Origin: Halodesulfurarchaeum sp. | GTDB lineage: Archaea > Halobacteriota > Halobacteria > Halobacteriales > Halobacteriaceae | DNA length: 64,000 bases | Reading direction: 5' to 3' | Assembly: GCA_034520565.1 (NCBI GenBank) | Contig: JAXHNL010000002.1 | Span: 1,536,001-1,600,000, forward strand | Shown here: in pieces, positions 1 through 10,640 of the stretch | How positions within the stretch are numbered: the stretch's first letter is position 1 | How the letters are laid out: each line of letters opens with the position of its first letter | Program-made: the position numbers and the translations under genes | Notes under the pieces: model-generated | What the model was told of the DNA's origin: nothing | The model's input: only the letters and a program-made list of their open reading frames with translations | Databases searched by the model: none

Positions 1-1
1 G

Positions 2-247
2 CTCCTTGTGACGTTGCTCGTGACCCTTCCGGCACTTCCCTCGATCGGTGATCCGGAATCGGCTGTCGTCGTCGGCGACGTGACGACGTATTACCTCCAA
101 AACGCCTATCCAGAAACCGGCGTCGAGAACGTCGTCACCGCAGTTCTCGCGGCGTACCGTGGATTCGACACGCTCGGCGAGGCGACAGTCGTCGTCGCCG
201 CCGGAATCGCCGTCTTGCTCGTCCTCAGACGGGAGGTGTACGTATGA
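2..247 (+). CDS. Mrp/Mnh Na+/H+ antiporter subunit B-related (5' truncated by window edge)
   Basis: NVVTAVLAAYRGFDTLGE motif typical of the MnhB/MrpA C-terminal region; first gene of a tightly overlapping mrp operon. Confidence 0.8.
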   Translation, partial: LLVTLLVTLPALPSIGDPESAVVVGDVTTYYLQNAYPETGVENVVTAVLAAYRGFDTLGEATVVVAAGIAVLLVLRREVYV

Positions 248-699
248 GTAGCTCCCGTCCGCACCGGACGTACGTCGAAAGCACGATCATTATGACGACG
301 GTCCGGCTGGTTGCCCCCTTCGTCTTTACGTTCGGCCTGTTCGTGATGTTCCACGGGGCCGAATCCGCAGGCGGTGGGTTCCAGGGCGGGGTCATTGTGG
401 CTGCCAGTCTCATCCTCGTCGCGTTCGCGTTCGGGATCGAACCGACCCGCGAGTGGATCACGGACCGGCCGGTGCGGCTGGTAATCGCCGGCGGGGCGTT
501 AACCTTCGTTCTCGTCGGTCTGGGAGCGCTCGTATCAGGTGGGTTGTTCCTCCAGTACGATGCCTACGAGATCCATCACGGGACGAAATACGGCATCGAA
601 CTCGTGGAACTGGGTATCGGGGCCATCGTGTCCGGTGTGATCCTATCGCTGTTTATGAACCTGGCCGCCGGTCTCACCGAGGGAGGTGAGGAGGAATGA
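244..699 (+). CDS. mrpB: Mrp Na+/H+ antiporter subunit B (MnhB domain)
   Basis: HGAESAGGGFQGG motif, hydrophobic, ATGA overlaps with neighbours. Confidence 0.88.
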   Translation: MSSSRPHRTYVESTIIMTTVRLVAPFVFTFGLFVMFHGAESAGGGFQGGVIVAASLILVAFAFGIEPTREWITDRPVRLVIAGGALTFVLVGLGALVSGGLFLQYDAYEIHHGTKYGIELVELGIGAIVSGVILSLFMNLAAGLTEGGEEE

Positions 700-1055
700 T
701 CGAACTCCTGATCACCCATCACACCTACGTCGCGGCGATGCTCCTCGTGGTAATTGGGCTCTATGGGGTGATCGCCAGCCCGAACTTCGTCAAGAAGGTT
801 GTGGGCCTGAACGTCTTCCAGGTCGGTATCTTCCTGTTTTTCATCAGCAGCGGGTACATCGAGGGAGGAGCGCCACCAGTCGCTGGGCACGGGACTGAGA
901 CCCTCGTGAGTCCCCTTCCACACGTGCTTATCCTGACCGCCATCGTCGTCGGGGTGAGTCTCACCGCCGTGGCCCTCGCCCTCATCGTCAGGATCTACGC
1001 CGAATATGGCTCTCTCGACGAGGACGTCATCCGGGAGGTGAGTATCGATGACTGA
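696..1055 (+). CDS. mrpC: Mrp Na+/H+ antiporter subunit C
   Basis: SPLPHVLILTAIVVG motif, 119 aa, three TM segments. Confidence 0.92.
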   Translation: MIELLITHHTYVAAMLLVVIGLYGVIASPNFVKKVVGLNVFQVGIFLFFISSGYIEGGAPPVAGHGTETLVSPLPHVLILTAIVVGVSLTAVALALIVRIYAEYGSLDEDVIREVSIDD

Positions 1056-2532
1056 CACGCTCGTCCTCCTCGTCGCGGCACCGATATTTGCCGCCCTCGT
1101 TCCGATACTGTCCGGGCTCGTGGTGGAGCGATCAGGTCGATACGTGGCACTCGGATTGGCAGGCCTCCAGGTCGTCCTCGCGGGATCCGTACTCGACCAG
1201 GTACTTCGATCCGGCCGGTTCACCTACGAAGTGGGTGGGTACGTCCCGCCCTTCGGCATCGAACTCGTGGCCGACGGCGTGTCAGCGCCACTGCTCGTGC
1301 TGATCGCGTTGACGACGCTGGGGGTCGTGGTGTACTCGTTCCGGGCCGGACCACATTCTGACGCCTTCTACAGCGAGTTGCTGTTGCTGGTCGCAGGCCT
1401 TTCCGGGCTCGTTGCGACCGGGGACGTGTTCAACCTGTACGTATTTCTGGAAATTACGGGACTCGCGACCTACGCCATCGTTGCGAGTGGACAGTCTTCG
1501 GGAGCGGCATACGCCGCACTCAAGTACCTGATCGTGGGGACGATCGGGGCGTCGTTCTACCTGCTTGGTGTCGGATATCTGTTCGTCGCGACGGGCACGC
1601 TAAACATGGCCGACCTTGCACAGTCGCTCCCTGCGGTCGGATACTCGTCGCCACTGGTGCTCGCAGGCTTCGGCTTTATCGTCGTCGGACTGGCGGTGAA
1701 GGTGGCACTCTTCCCGCTTCACACCTGGCAACCGGACGCGTACGCTGAGTCCCCGCATTCGGTCAGTGCCTATATCGCTGCACTGGTCTCGACCGCGGCG
1801 GCGTATGCACTCTTCCGGATCGTCTACGGCGTGTTCACGCTCGACTTCCTGGAGGCCGTTCCACTGGCCCGGAACGCGATCCTCGGATTTGCGACGATCA
1901 GTATCGTGGTTGGCGCCGTTCTCGCGGTCCTGCAGACTGATCTCAAACGGATGCTCGCGTACTCCTCTGTCTCGCACTTCGGGCTCGTCGTCACGGCGCT
2001 CGCGATCGGGAACGAGACTGCCGTAACCGGGGGACTCATTCACCTGGTCGGTCACGGAATCATGAAGGGTGGGTTGTTCCTCGCCGTCGGCATTTTCGCC
2101 ACTGTCGCTGGAGCCAGGCGGATCGACGACTTGGCCGGGCTGGGCACCCGTCTTCCAGTCACGAGTGCGGCATTCGCAGTCCTCGCGTTCAGCATGGTCG
2201 GTGTCCCACCTGCCATCGGCTTTCCCGGGAAGTGGAACATCGTTGTGGGCGCCGTCGAAGGGGGTGAATGGGCTGTCGCGGTGGTCGTCGTCGCGAGTAC
2301 GTTGCTCACGCTCGGCTACTTCGGCCGTCTCGTCGAGCGCCTGTACTTCACACAGCCGAATTCGACGAGCGAACGGGGGATCGAGGCCGTCGCTGATGGG
2401 GGCGAGGGAATCGACCCGTCCGCACTCATGCTCGCGGTCGTCGCGGTGACTGCAGTCGTCGCCGTCGGTCTCGGGCTCGGCGTGTCGAACTTGATCGACG
2501 CCTACGAGCCCGTCCTGGAGGTGTACTTCTGA
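1048..2532 (+). CDS. mrpD: Mrp Na+/H+ antiporter subunit D family
   Basis: GDVFNLYVFLEI, KVALFPLHTWQPDAY, LKRMLAYSSVSH motifs of NuoL/M/N-MrpD proteins. Confidence 0.9.
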   Translation: MTDTLVLLVAAPIFAALVPILSGLVVERSGRYVALGLAGLQVVLAGSVLDQVLRSGRFTYEVGGYVPPFGIELVADGVSAPLLVLIALTTLGVVVYSFRAGPHSDAFYSELLLLVAGLSGLVATGDVFNLYVFLEITGLATYAIVASGQSSGAAYAALKYLIVGTIGASFYLLGVGYLFVATGTLNMADLAQSLPAVGYSSPLVLAGFGFIVVGLAVKVALFPLHTWQPDAYAESPHSVSAYIAALVSTAAAYALFRIVYGVFTLDFLEAVPLARNAILGFATISIVVGAVLAVLQTDLKRMLAYSSVSHFGLVVTALAIGNETAVTGGLIHLVGHGIMKGGLFLAVGIFATVAGARRIDDLAGLGTRLPVTSAAFAVLAFSMVGVPPAIGFPGKWNIVVGAVEGGEWAVAVVVVASTLLTLGYFGRLVERLYFTQPNSTSERGIEAVADGGEGIDPSALMLAVVAVTAVVAVGLGLGVSNLIDAYEPVLEVYF

Positions 2533-4220
2533 TGAGTAGTGTCACGTCGCTCCTGCCCCTCGCGGCAGTCGGAACGCCGATCGTCGGTATCGTCGCCATC
2601 ATCGCTGCACGCCGACAGCCGAACGTCCGTGAGGGTTTCACCATTCTCACGGCCGTCACCACGCTGCTTCTCGTGGCGAGTATGGTTCCAACCGTGCTGG
2701 CCGGGAACGTCCCGACTACTTCGTTGGGGTCGTTCGTCCCCGGCGTGGAATTCGTGCTCCGAGCTGACCCGTTGGGAATGGTGTTCGGATTGCTCGCCAG
2801 TTTCCTGTGGCTCGTCACGAGTTTCTACAGCATCGGGTACATGCGGGGACTCGACGAGCACTCCCAGACCCGGTATTACGCAGCATTCGCGGGCAGTATT
2901 GCCTCTGCAGTCGGGGTGGCGTTCGCGTCGAATCTGATCGTCCTCTACGTGTTCTACGAACTGCTGACCGTGGCGACGTATCCGCTGGTTGCCCACGACG
3001 AGACCGAGGAGGCCCGAACTGCCGGTCGGAAGTACCTCGCCTACACCTTCGGTGGCGGGGTTGCGGCACTGGCCGGGACGGCGCTCCTGTTCGTCGCGAC
3101 TGGGACGATCGCCTTCACCCCGGGCGGGATCGCGGAGTTGGGTGTCGTCGATCCGGTGATGGGAAAGGTTATCTTTGCCTTGCTCGCCGGTGGATTCGGC
3201 GTCAAGGCCGCGCTCATGCCAGTTCACTCGTGGCTCCCCGACGCGATGGTGGCGCCGACCCCCGTCTCGGGGCTGCTCCACGCGGTGGCGGTCGTCAAAA
3301 GCGGCGTATTCGCGATCGCGCGGGTCGTTCTCGACGTCTTCGGCCCGGTACAGATGTCCGAGTTCGGGCTCGGTTTGCCGCTGGCCATCGTCGCGGGACT
3401 GACGATCGTCATCGCGAGCGTGATCGCCTTGCGACAGGACAACCTCAAACGCCGGTTGGCCTACTCGACGATCAGTCAACTCTCCTATATCGTCCTTGGA
3501 CTGGCGCTGCTCTCGCCGGCCGCGCTCGTGGGTGGGTTGCTCCACATTCCCGCTCACGCGTTCATGAAACTCACGCTGTTCTTCGCTGCCGGTGTGATCC
3601 ACGTCGAAACCCACACCGACGACATCAGCGACATGGTCGGGATCGGCCGGCGAATGCCCTTGACGATGATCGCCTTCGGCGTGGCGAGCGTCGGCATGGC
3701 TGGCTTGCCACTCGTTGCCGGCTTCGTCAGCAAGTGGTATCTCCTCATCGGGAGCGTGGACGCCGGTAAAACGGTTTTCGTCCTCGTGCTCCTCACCTCC
3801 GGACTGCTCAATATCGCGTACTTCTGGCCGATCGTCTACCAGGCGTTCTTCCAGACGCCCGCAACCGCCGATTCCAAGCCGGTCATCGAGGGCCCCTTCG
3901 GCGGGAACCCCACGCGGACGGACGGTGGTTCCCCCGACCGGCCGGAGGCAGGAACCTATGCGGTCGATCGAAACCCGAGCGATATTGATCGGGACGATGG
4001 GGCTGGGGGAGACGCCGAACATCACGACGACCACCACGGCGGTGCCCCACCCGGCGGGTGGGAATCACGCTCGATTTTCACCGAGAGCACGTGGTTCATG
4101 CTTGGCCCGATCGTCGTCGCCGTGAGCGGTGCCGTCGTGCTCGGGATCGTCCCCCACGGGGCGATCTTCCTCGAGTTGATCTTTGACATCGTCGCGAACG
4201 CGACGGGGGTGGCCTTCTAA
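2532..4220 (+). CDS. mrpD: Mrp antiporter subunit D family (second paralogue)
   Basis: KAALMPVHSWLPDAMVAPTPVSGLLHA, LKRRLAYSTISQ; long acidic/His-containing loop near the C-terminus. Confidence 0.88.
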   Translation: MSSVTSLLPLAAVGTPIVGIVAIIAARRQPNVREGFTILTAVTTLLLVASMVPTVLAGNVPTTSLGSFVPGVEFVLRADPLGMVFGLLASFLWLVTSFYSIGYMRGLDEHSQTRYYAAFAGSIASAVGVAFASNLIVLYVFYELLTVATYPLVAHDETEEARTAGRKYLAYTFGGGVAALAGTALLFVATGTIAFTPGGIAELGVVDPVMGKVIFALLAGGFGVKAALMPVHSWLPDAMVAPTPVSGLLHAVAVVKSGVFAIARVVLDVFGPVQMSEFGLGLPLAIVAGLTIVIASVIALRQDNLKRRLAYSTISQLSYIVLGLALLSPAALVGGLLHIPAHAFMKLTLFFAAGVIHVETHTDDISDMVGIGRRMPLTMIAFGVASVGMAGLPLVAGFVSKWYLLIGSVDAGKTVFVLVLLTSGLLNIAYFWPIVYQAFFQTPATADSKPVIEGPFGGNPTRTDGGSPDRPEAGTYAVDRNPSDIDRDDGAGGDAEHHDDHHGGAPPGGWESRSIFTESTWFMLGPIVVAVSGAVVLGIVPHGAIFLELIFDIVANATGVAF

Positions 4221-5959
4221 TGGAACTCGTTTCTGTCGTGCCACCGGCCTTCGTCGTCCTGGCGGTGGCCGTCCTGTTGCCGTTTCTTCCCCGTCGGTTC
4301 GGTCACGCACTTGGGGTCATCGCGACGGCGGGCGCGTCGGTGTGGTCGCTGCTGGTTCCAGCGGGTATCCACGTCCCGATGCAGTTCCTCGGGTTCGAAG
4401 CGATCCTGTTGCAGGTCGACACGCTCTCCCGGCTCATGGGCGTCATTTTCGGCCTTATCGGGGCCGCAGCCGTCCTCTATTCGTACTCGTCGAACGCCGA
4501 GAACCGACAGACCGCGTTCGCCCTGGGCTACGTCGGGACCAGTCTCGGCGCAGTCTTCGCCGGCGACTGGCTGACGATGGTGTTCTTCTGGGAGTTGATG
4601 GCGGTGACGAGCACGCTCCTGGTCTGGGATTACGGTGGCGAGGCTGTCAGGGCGGGCTTTCGGTACGCGATCTACCACGGTCTCGGCGGGAGTTTGCTGA
4701 TGGCCGCGGTCGTGTGGCACTACACCGAAGTGGGCTCGTTCCTCTTCAGCGCGAGTGACGGAATCGTCCCCGGCGTCCCAACCGCGCTCGCGGCAATCGG
4801 CATCGGGGTCAACGTCGGATTCGTCGGGCTGCACACCTGGCTTCCGGACACGTATCCGCGGCCACACGTCGCCGCGAGTGTCTTCCTCTCGGTCTACACG
4901 ACGAAGACCGGCGTGTACGGACTCGCTCGCGCCTTCCCGGACGGCCAGATCGCGATCGCCTACATGGGCGCGGCGATGGCCATGATCGGCGTGATATACG
5001 CGCTCCTCCAGAACGACATGCGCCGGCTGCTCTCCTATCACATTCAGTCACAGGTCGGGTACATGGTCGCCGGGGTCGGGATCGGGACCGCGCTGGCGAC
5101 GGCCGGTGCCTTCGCGCACGTGTTCAATCACATCCTCTACAAGGCGCTCCTGTTCATGACTGCGGGCGTAATCATTGCACGGACTGGTAAACAACACCTG
5201 GACCAGTTGGGAAAACTCCGGGGATACCTCCCCTTCACGGCCCTTGCCTTCACGATCGCCGCACTTTCGATCAGTGGGTTCCCCGGGTTCAACGGCTTCG
5301 TGAGCAAGGGGATGATCACGGCTGCCGCTCACGAGGAACACCTCACGGTGATCTACTACTTGCTCATGGCCGCCGGCGTGGGTACCTTCATGTCGTTCAT
5401 CAAGTTCGGCTACTACGCCTTCTTCCACGACCACGGACAGACCTACGACGTCGAGTTCTCGGCGTGGGGCCAGCGGATTTCGATGCTTTTCGTCGCCGCG
5501 CTGACGATCCTCTTCGGGCTCTTCCCGGAGTACCTCTTCCAGATCCTCCCGGGAAGCACGGCCGGTGCCCATCCGTTCACGACGAGCCACATCACCGAAG
5601 GCCTGATTCTGGCAGGACTGGGGGTGCTCGGTTTCGTCCTCGTCAAAAAGCCACTTTCGAAGATCGGTCGGGTGCCGGACGTCGATCGGCTGATCAATCC
5701 GACCGCCTTCTACGGAACACGAACCGTCGTCCGCGGGGTCACTGAGACCTACGCCGCCGTGGATCGAGTCGTCGCCGGTGGTGCTTACGGCATCGCGGGG
5801 ACGCTTTCGAACCCGTATTCACTGCTCACGCACCTTCGCCGCTCGCTCACGGAAATGGAGCAACCGGTCAAGCCGGGCAGTTTCCGGTCCACCATCGCGG
5901 CGAGTATCGTGCTGCTGGTCGTCGTTCTCAGTGGTGTCTTGATCGGACTGCTTCTCTAA
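4220..5959 (+). CDS. mrpD: Na+/H+ antiporter subunit D family (third paralogue)
   Basis: LHTWLPDTYP, MRRLLSYHIQSQVGYM, FNHILYKALLFM. Confidence 0.88.
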   Translation: MELVSVVPPAFVVLAVAVLLPFLPRRFGHALGVIATAGASVWSLLVPAGIHVPMQFLGFEAILLQVDTLSRLMGVIFGLIGAAAVLYSYSSNAENRQTAFALGYVGTSLGAVFAGDWLTMVFFWELMAVTSTLLVWDYGGEAVRAGFRYAIYHGLGGSLLMAAVVWHYTEVGSFLFSASDGIVPGVPTALAAIGIGVNVGFVGLHTWLPDTYPRPHVAASVFLSVYTTKTGVYGLARAFPDGQIAIAYMGAAMAMIGVIYALLQNDMRRLLSYHIQSQVGYMVAGVGIGTALATAGAFAHVFNHILYKALLFMTAGVIIARTGKQHLDQLGKLRGYLPFTALAFTIAALSISGFPGFNGFVSKGMITAAAHEEHLTVIYYLLMAAGVGTFMSFIKFGYYAFFHDHGQTYDVEFSAWGQRISMLFVAALTILFGLFPEYLFQILPGSTAGAHPFTTSHITEGLILAGLGVLGFVLVKKPLSKIGRVPDVDRLINPTAFYGTRTVVRGVTETYAAVDRVVAGGAYGIAGTLSNPYSLLTHLRRSLTEMEQPVKPGSFRSTIAASIVLLVVVLSGVLIGLLL

Positions 5960-7102
5960 AGAGCGCCACCGAGTGCTTCGGCGATTCGAAGCCCGAGATC
6001 GGCCTTCGACCCCTCGAAGGATTGTGTCTCCCCGTCGAAAACGAGTTCCGCGCCGGTCGACGCTGCACCCATCGCTTCGATTTCGTTCGCGACGACGAAC
6101 GCCATTTCGACCCGATTCAACAGTTCACGAGCGGTCTCGGGGAGTGCGTCCGGGTCGCTCTCCAGTTTGAACCCGACGATCGGAAGTGATGGCCGAGCCT
6201 CCCGCACGGCGTCGACGAGTTTTCTCGTTGGTTTCAGTTCCAGCGTTCGTTTCCGCCCCGAAGGCAACTTTTCTGGGGCCGTTTCAACCGTGTAATCCGA
6301 AATCGCCGCCGCCGAAACGAGTGCGTCGGCGTTCTCGACGGCATCGAGTGTCGCCGCAGTCATTTCCGCGGCCGTTTCGACCGAACGGACTGTCGCATAC
6401 GAGACCTCGCCGTCGGGATGAACGAGCGTGACGTCCCCACCCATGGCGTAGATTCCCCGGGCAACGGCCCGGCCAGTTCGCCCACTTGCGCGGTTCGTGA
6501 GGACCCGAACTGGATCGATCGGTTCTGCAGTTGCGCCACTCGTGACGACGACGTGAGACCCGGCGAGCGGAGACGGTGGAGTGGCCCTGGCGGTTTCGAG
6601 GGCGATCGTCTCCGCCGCGGCGATTTTCGCCTTCCCCTCCTCGACACGGGGTGGAATCACGGTGACGCCCCACCGCTCGAGGGTTTCGAGGTTCTCGTCC
6701 ACGCCGGGGTGGTCGAACATTCCCTCGTGCATCGCCGGGGCGAGGACGACCGGGATGCCCGCACCGAGGGCGGTGGTGACCGCCGTGGTCACCGGCGTGT
6801 CGTCGATTCCGCCGGCGATCTTGCCGATGGTGTTGGCCGTCGCCGGGGCGATCAGGCAGACGTCGGCCCAGCCGTCCTTGCCACAGAGTTCGACGTGCTC
6901 GACGTTTCCGGTGAGTTCGGTTACCACCTCCGCGTCGGTCGCGTAGGTAACCGCGTCCGGGTGAACGATCCCCCGTGCGGCGTCGGTCATGACGGCCCGG
7001 ACCGTCGCGCCGCGCCGCCGGAGTTCGTGGCGCCATTTCGACGACCGTCACGGCGGCGACACTCCCGGTAACCCCCAGTGCCACGTTCGTCCCGTCGAGC
7101 AT
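5956..7102 (-). CDS. coaBC: Bifunctional phosphopantothenoylcysteine decarboxylase / phosphopantothenate-cysteine ligase; apparent 1-nt frameshift near 7030
   Basis: N-terminus MLDGTNVALGVTGSVAA in one frame, continuing in a second frame with APATANTIGK, PAMHEGM, TSGATAEPIDPVRVLTNRASG. Confidence 0.92.
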
Positions 7103-7210
7103 GATACGACGGCTTGGAGTTCGTGGGGGATAAATCTGCGCGAAAGCCGGCAGTCGACTCGGCCGAATCCGTCGGCAGGTTCTTTGGGCCCCGATCCGGT
7201 AGGACCGACC

Positions 7211-7690
7211 GTGAAACGAATCGAGGTCTCCCGACAGGTGAATCGGTCACCTGCCGTCGTTTTTGCTGCAGTTCGGGATTTCAGCACATATCCGGCGTAT
7301 TCCGACTATTTGAAAGATGTCACACCGGACGGTGACGGAGCGCCCGGGACGGAGTACGATCTCGCGGTCCACGTTTTGGGCCTCTCGTTCGACGTCCGGA
7401 CTCGACTCGACCAGTTGGAGCCACCTCGACGGATCGAATGGTCGGTTCTCGGCGATGTCGAAGCCGTCGGCCGGTGGCTCGTCACGCCGGTCGGTGATGA
7501 AACCGCCTCGAAAATCGATCTCGTTCTCGAGTACGACCCGAATTCCATCGATTCGAGCGTCGTATCGCTCCCGCTCGGAATGACTTTTTCGTGGCTCACG
7601 GACAGGGCCGAGGCGCTTGCCGAGCGAGAAGCTGGAGCCGTTCTCGATCGGCTCGTGGCCGATATCGAACGGGAAGGGGTTCGAGATTAA
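7211..7690 (+). CDS. SRPBCC / polyketide cyclase-like protein
   Basis: GTG start at 7211; VFAAVRDFSTYPAYS...PPRRIEW pattern typical of haloarchaeal SRPBCC proteins. Confidence 0.75.
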   Translation: MKRIEVSRQVNRSPAVVFAAVRDFSTYPAYSDYLKDVTPDGDGAPGTEYDLAVHVLGLSFDVRTRLDQLEPPRRIEWSVLGDVEAVGRWLVTPVGDETASKIDLVLEYDPNSIDSSVVSLPLGMTFSWLTDRAEALAEREAGAVLDRLVADIEREGVRD

Positions 7691-8751
7691 CGATCGCGCT
7701 CGATGACGTAGTGGGTGAAATCGTCCAGCGAGGCTTTGACCTCGGGATCGAGGTCCAGGCCCTTGAGGTGTGATCTGGCATCCGCGGCCAGTTCCTCGGC
7801 CGTTTCGCGGGCGTGGTCGACACTGTTCGTCTCCTGGAGTAGTTCGAGAACCGCCATGATTTCGTCGTCCGTGACCGATTCGGCATCCAGCGTCGATTCG
7901 AGTCGCTCGCGGTCCCCCGGATCGGCGTTCCGGAGCGCGTGAATCACGAGCAGCGTTCGTTTTCCCTCCCGGATGTCGTTGCCGAAGGCCTTCCCGAACT
8001 CGCCGGCCTCGTCGAGCGAGTTTTTCACGTCGAGGATGTCGTCGCCGATCTGGAAGGCGATCGAGAGCGATTCGGCATAAGCCGCAAAGGCGTTTTCGAC
8101 GGTGTCGGGTTGGTCCGTGACGAGTGCGGCGAGTCGGCCGGCGATTCGCCCCAGGCAACCGGTCTTGCACGCGCTCATTTCGAGGTACTGCTCTTCACTG
8201 ATCCGGACGTTCGGCGTGTTGTGCCAGACGATGTCGGTTCCCTGTCCGAGATGTGTGCGGTTGAGTTCGAAGGTCAGCATCTCGTAGATCGCCAGCTGTT
8301 GGGTGGGTTCGAGTTCCGCCGGGTTCTGGGAGACGATCTTGAGGGGGACGAAGTAGAGGGCGTTACCCGCGTTTAGCGCGATGTCAGTCCCGTACCGAAG
8401 GTGGATAGCCTCCTCGCCGCGTCGGAGGGTGGCGTCGTCCTCGACGTCGTCGACGATGATGGTTCCCGTGTGGAGGATTTCCGGGATCGTCGCATAGGGA
8501 AGGTACTGCTCGGGATCCGCCCCGAGCGCGCGGACGAGTTCGAGAAAGAGCACCGGCCGCCACCGCTTTCCGCCTCGGTCGAGCAGGTCCCAGACCGGTT
8601 CGAAGAGGGCCTGCTCGATCGCGGTCGTGTCGTATTCGAACCGGGGCTCCCCGAACAACTCGGCCAGCTTCTCGTCGGTGATCGTCCGTGGCAGCAACGT
8701 GGCGATCTCTCGATCCACGTCCGTCCGCCACGCAGTCAACGCATCCCGCAT
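7687..8751 (-). CDS. trans-polyprenyl diphosphate synthase (possibly C25 or longer product)
   Basis: GGKRWRP, first Asp-rich motif DDVED, RRG, GQ, KTG, second Asp-rich motif FQIGDDILD, GNDIREGKRT. Confidence 0.92.
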   Translation of the reverse strand: MRDALTAWRTDVDREIATLLPRTITDEKLAELFGEPRFEYDTTAIEQALFEPVWDLLDRGGKRWRPVLFLELVRALGADPEQYLPYATIPEILHTGTIIVDDVEDDATLRRGEEAIHLRYGTDIALNAGNALYFVPLKIVSQNPAELEPTQQLAIYEMLTFELNRTHLGQGTDIVWHNTPNVRISEEQYLEMSACKTGCLGRIAGRLAALVTDQPDTVENAFAAYAESLSIAFQIGDDILDVKNSLDEAGEFGKAFGNDIREGKRTLLVIHALRNADPGDRERLESTLDAESVTDDEIMAVLELLQETNSVDHARETAEELAADARSHLKGLDLDPEVKASLDDFTHYVIERDR

Positions 8752-8863
8752 GTCACGGAAGTGGCCTGCAGTGACCAAAAAACTTGAGTTCCCCGTTTTC
8801 CGATGTCGACTCCGTTCCCGACCGTTTCACAATTCTTTTTTGATTGGGCCGGAACTCGGGTAT

Positions 8864-9118
8864 ATGACCGTTGAAGAGGATCTCCGTGCGGAATTCGTCG
8901 CAGCGTTCGAAGACGCCGAGTACCCGGTCACGGGCCAGATGGATCTCGTCCCTGCATTGCCAAAGGGTCCGCGAACCACGTTCGAGGCCGGTGAGCGATC
9001 CTTTTCGGTTATGGAACTCGCGACGAAACTCGGCGCTCACGCCGACTTTCCCTACGACGACGTGGACTCGCTCGTCGACGATATTATGGCTGCACTCCGG
9101 GAGGAAGGCGAACTGTAG
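8864..9118 (+). CDS. MTH865 family protein
   Basis: AFEDAEYPV...MDLVPALPKGPRTTFE...FPYDDVDSLVDDI. Confidence 0.85.
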   Translation: MTVEEDLRAEFVAAFEDAEYPVTGQMDLVPALPKGPRTTFEAGERSFSVMELATKLGAHADFPYDDVDSLVDDIMAALREEGEL

Positions 9119-9159
9119 TCCCATTCACGGACTCGGTCCGGTGCTGGCCGGATGACCGG

Positions 9160-9900
9160 CTACCAAAAGACGCCGTTTGACTGCTCCAGCACGGCGAATT
9201 CGACTGGGGAGCCCCACGCGAGTCGCAGGGACGTATTCGCCGGGATCGTTTCGACCTCCCGATCGTCGACGACGAGCGCGATCGGGACGGTCTCACGGAC
9301 GACTTCGATTTCGATCGGTGGAGCGAGCACCCATCGCGGGTGAGCCGTTCGGAACTGACCGACCGGAACGACGCTCAGGCCGTCAACTGATGGATCGAGG
9401 ATCGGCCCGTCCACTGCAGTCCCGTAGCCGGGTGTACCGCCCGGTGCGGATATCACGACGCCGTCAGCACGCACGGTATCAACGACCGTTCCGTCGCCCT
9501 TAGTCGTCCGGAACTCGGATATCCGGGCCGGCTCGGCCGTCACGGCCATCACGTCCATGAGGGCACGGAACTCTTCTTCGCCCAACGAAACGTCGATGGT
9601 AGGGATTGCAACCGACTCGATCACGCCGTTCGTCAGCGATTCGAGGCTGGCTGCGAACGCTGTTTCGGGCACCGACGGCACGCCTGCACCGATCCCCACC
9701 GGGACAATTCCCGAGTTGATACCCGCCCGAAAGACGGAGAGTAGTGCGGTTTCTCCAACCGGCAGCACGTACTCGAGTTCGCTCTCCCGTTTCACAGCGT
9801 CTTCGGCAGATTTCAGATGGACGAGTTCGGGACCGTCGGCTGTCCGACTGAAGCGATCGTGACCGGTCCGGTTTTCCGGATCGAATAGCCCGACTTTCAT
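9160..9900 (-). CDS. ATP-NAD kinase-like protein (divergent haloarchaeal paralogue)
   Basis: VRADGVVISAPGGTPGY resembles the NAD kinase DG..TPxGSTAY motif; GGDG and NE motifs are degenerate. Confidence 0.7.
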   Translation of the reverse strand: MKVGLFDPENRTGHDRFSRTADGPELVHLKSAEDAVKRESELEYVLPVGETALLSVFRAGINSGIVPVGIGAGVPSVPETAFAASLESLTNGVIESVAIPTIDVSLGEEEFRALMDVMAVTAEPARISEFRTTKGDGTVVDTVRADGVVISAPGGTPGYGTAVDGPILDPSVDGLSVVPVGQFRTAHPRWVLAPPIEIEVVRETVPIALVVDDREVETIPANTSLRLAWGSPVEFAVLEQSNGVFW

Positions 9901-9979
9901 CAAACGCCCTCCCCGTTCATTGCTGGTGGTTTGATTCCGCCCGGCAAAAGGCTGCGGGGTGCTGTCACGTGTTGCACGA

Positions 9980-10640
9980 TCACTCGGCCTCCTCGCGTGG
10001 CGATGCCGGACAGATGTCTTCGAGGAACGCAGTCCGTACAGTCCGGCGAACGGGCCGTACAGACCGCCCGTCCGTGGGAGATCAGCCAATGGGTGAACAA
10101 CTTCCAGTCGGATTCCGGAACGAGCTCGAGGAGATCCTGCTCGATTTTTTCCGGGGTAGTCTCCTCGGTGAGCGCGAGGCGACGTGAGAGCCGCTGGACG
10201 TGGGTGTCGACGGCGATCCCCGAGGCGATGTCGTGCCCGTGTTGCAAGACGACGTTCGCCGTTTTTCGCCCCACTCCAGGCAAGGTCGTCAGCTCATCCA
10301 TCGTGTCCGGCACCCGTCCGTCGTAGTCCTCCAGGAGCCGGTCGCCGATACCGACGAGATACGACGCTTTGCTGTTGGGGTACGTGCAGGAACCGATGAC
10401 GTCCGCGACGGTTTCTTCCTGGGCGGTGGCGAAATCCTCGGGCGTTCGATACGCCTCGAACAGTGCGTCCGTGATTTCGTTCACCCGATCGTCGGTGCAC
10501 TGAGCCGAGAGCACCACCGCAATCAGTAGTTCGAATCGGTTCGAGAAATCCAGCGAAATGGTCGCGTCGGGATACGCCTCCCGCAGTCGCTCGATCACGA
10601 CGGCCGTCTGTTCGCGTCGATCGTCCAGCGGCGTGCCCAT
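9980..10640 (-). CDS. nth: Endonuclease III; apparent frameshift near 10025 inside the 4Fe-4S motif
   Basis: LLIAVVLSAQCTD, HhH motif LPGVGRKTANVVL, VDTHV; removing one base restores CTARSPDCTDCVLEDICP. Confidence 0.93.

Noticed and set aside
2-5959. Three MrpD paralogues and a His/acidic loop as a novelty
   Set aside because: Multi-D Mrp operons with such loops are the usual haloarchaeal arrangement.
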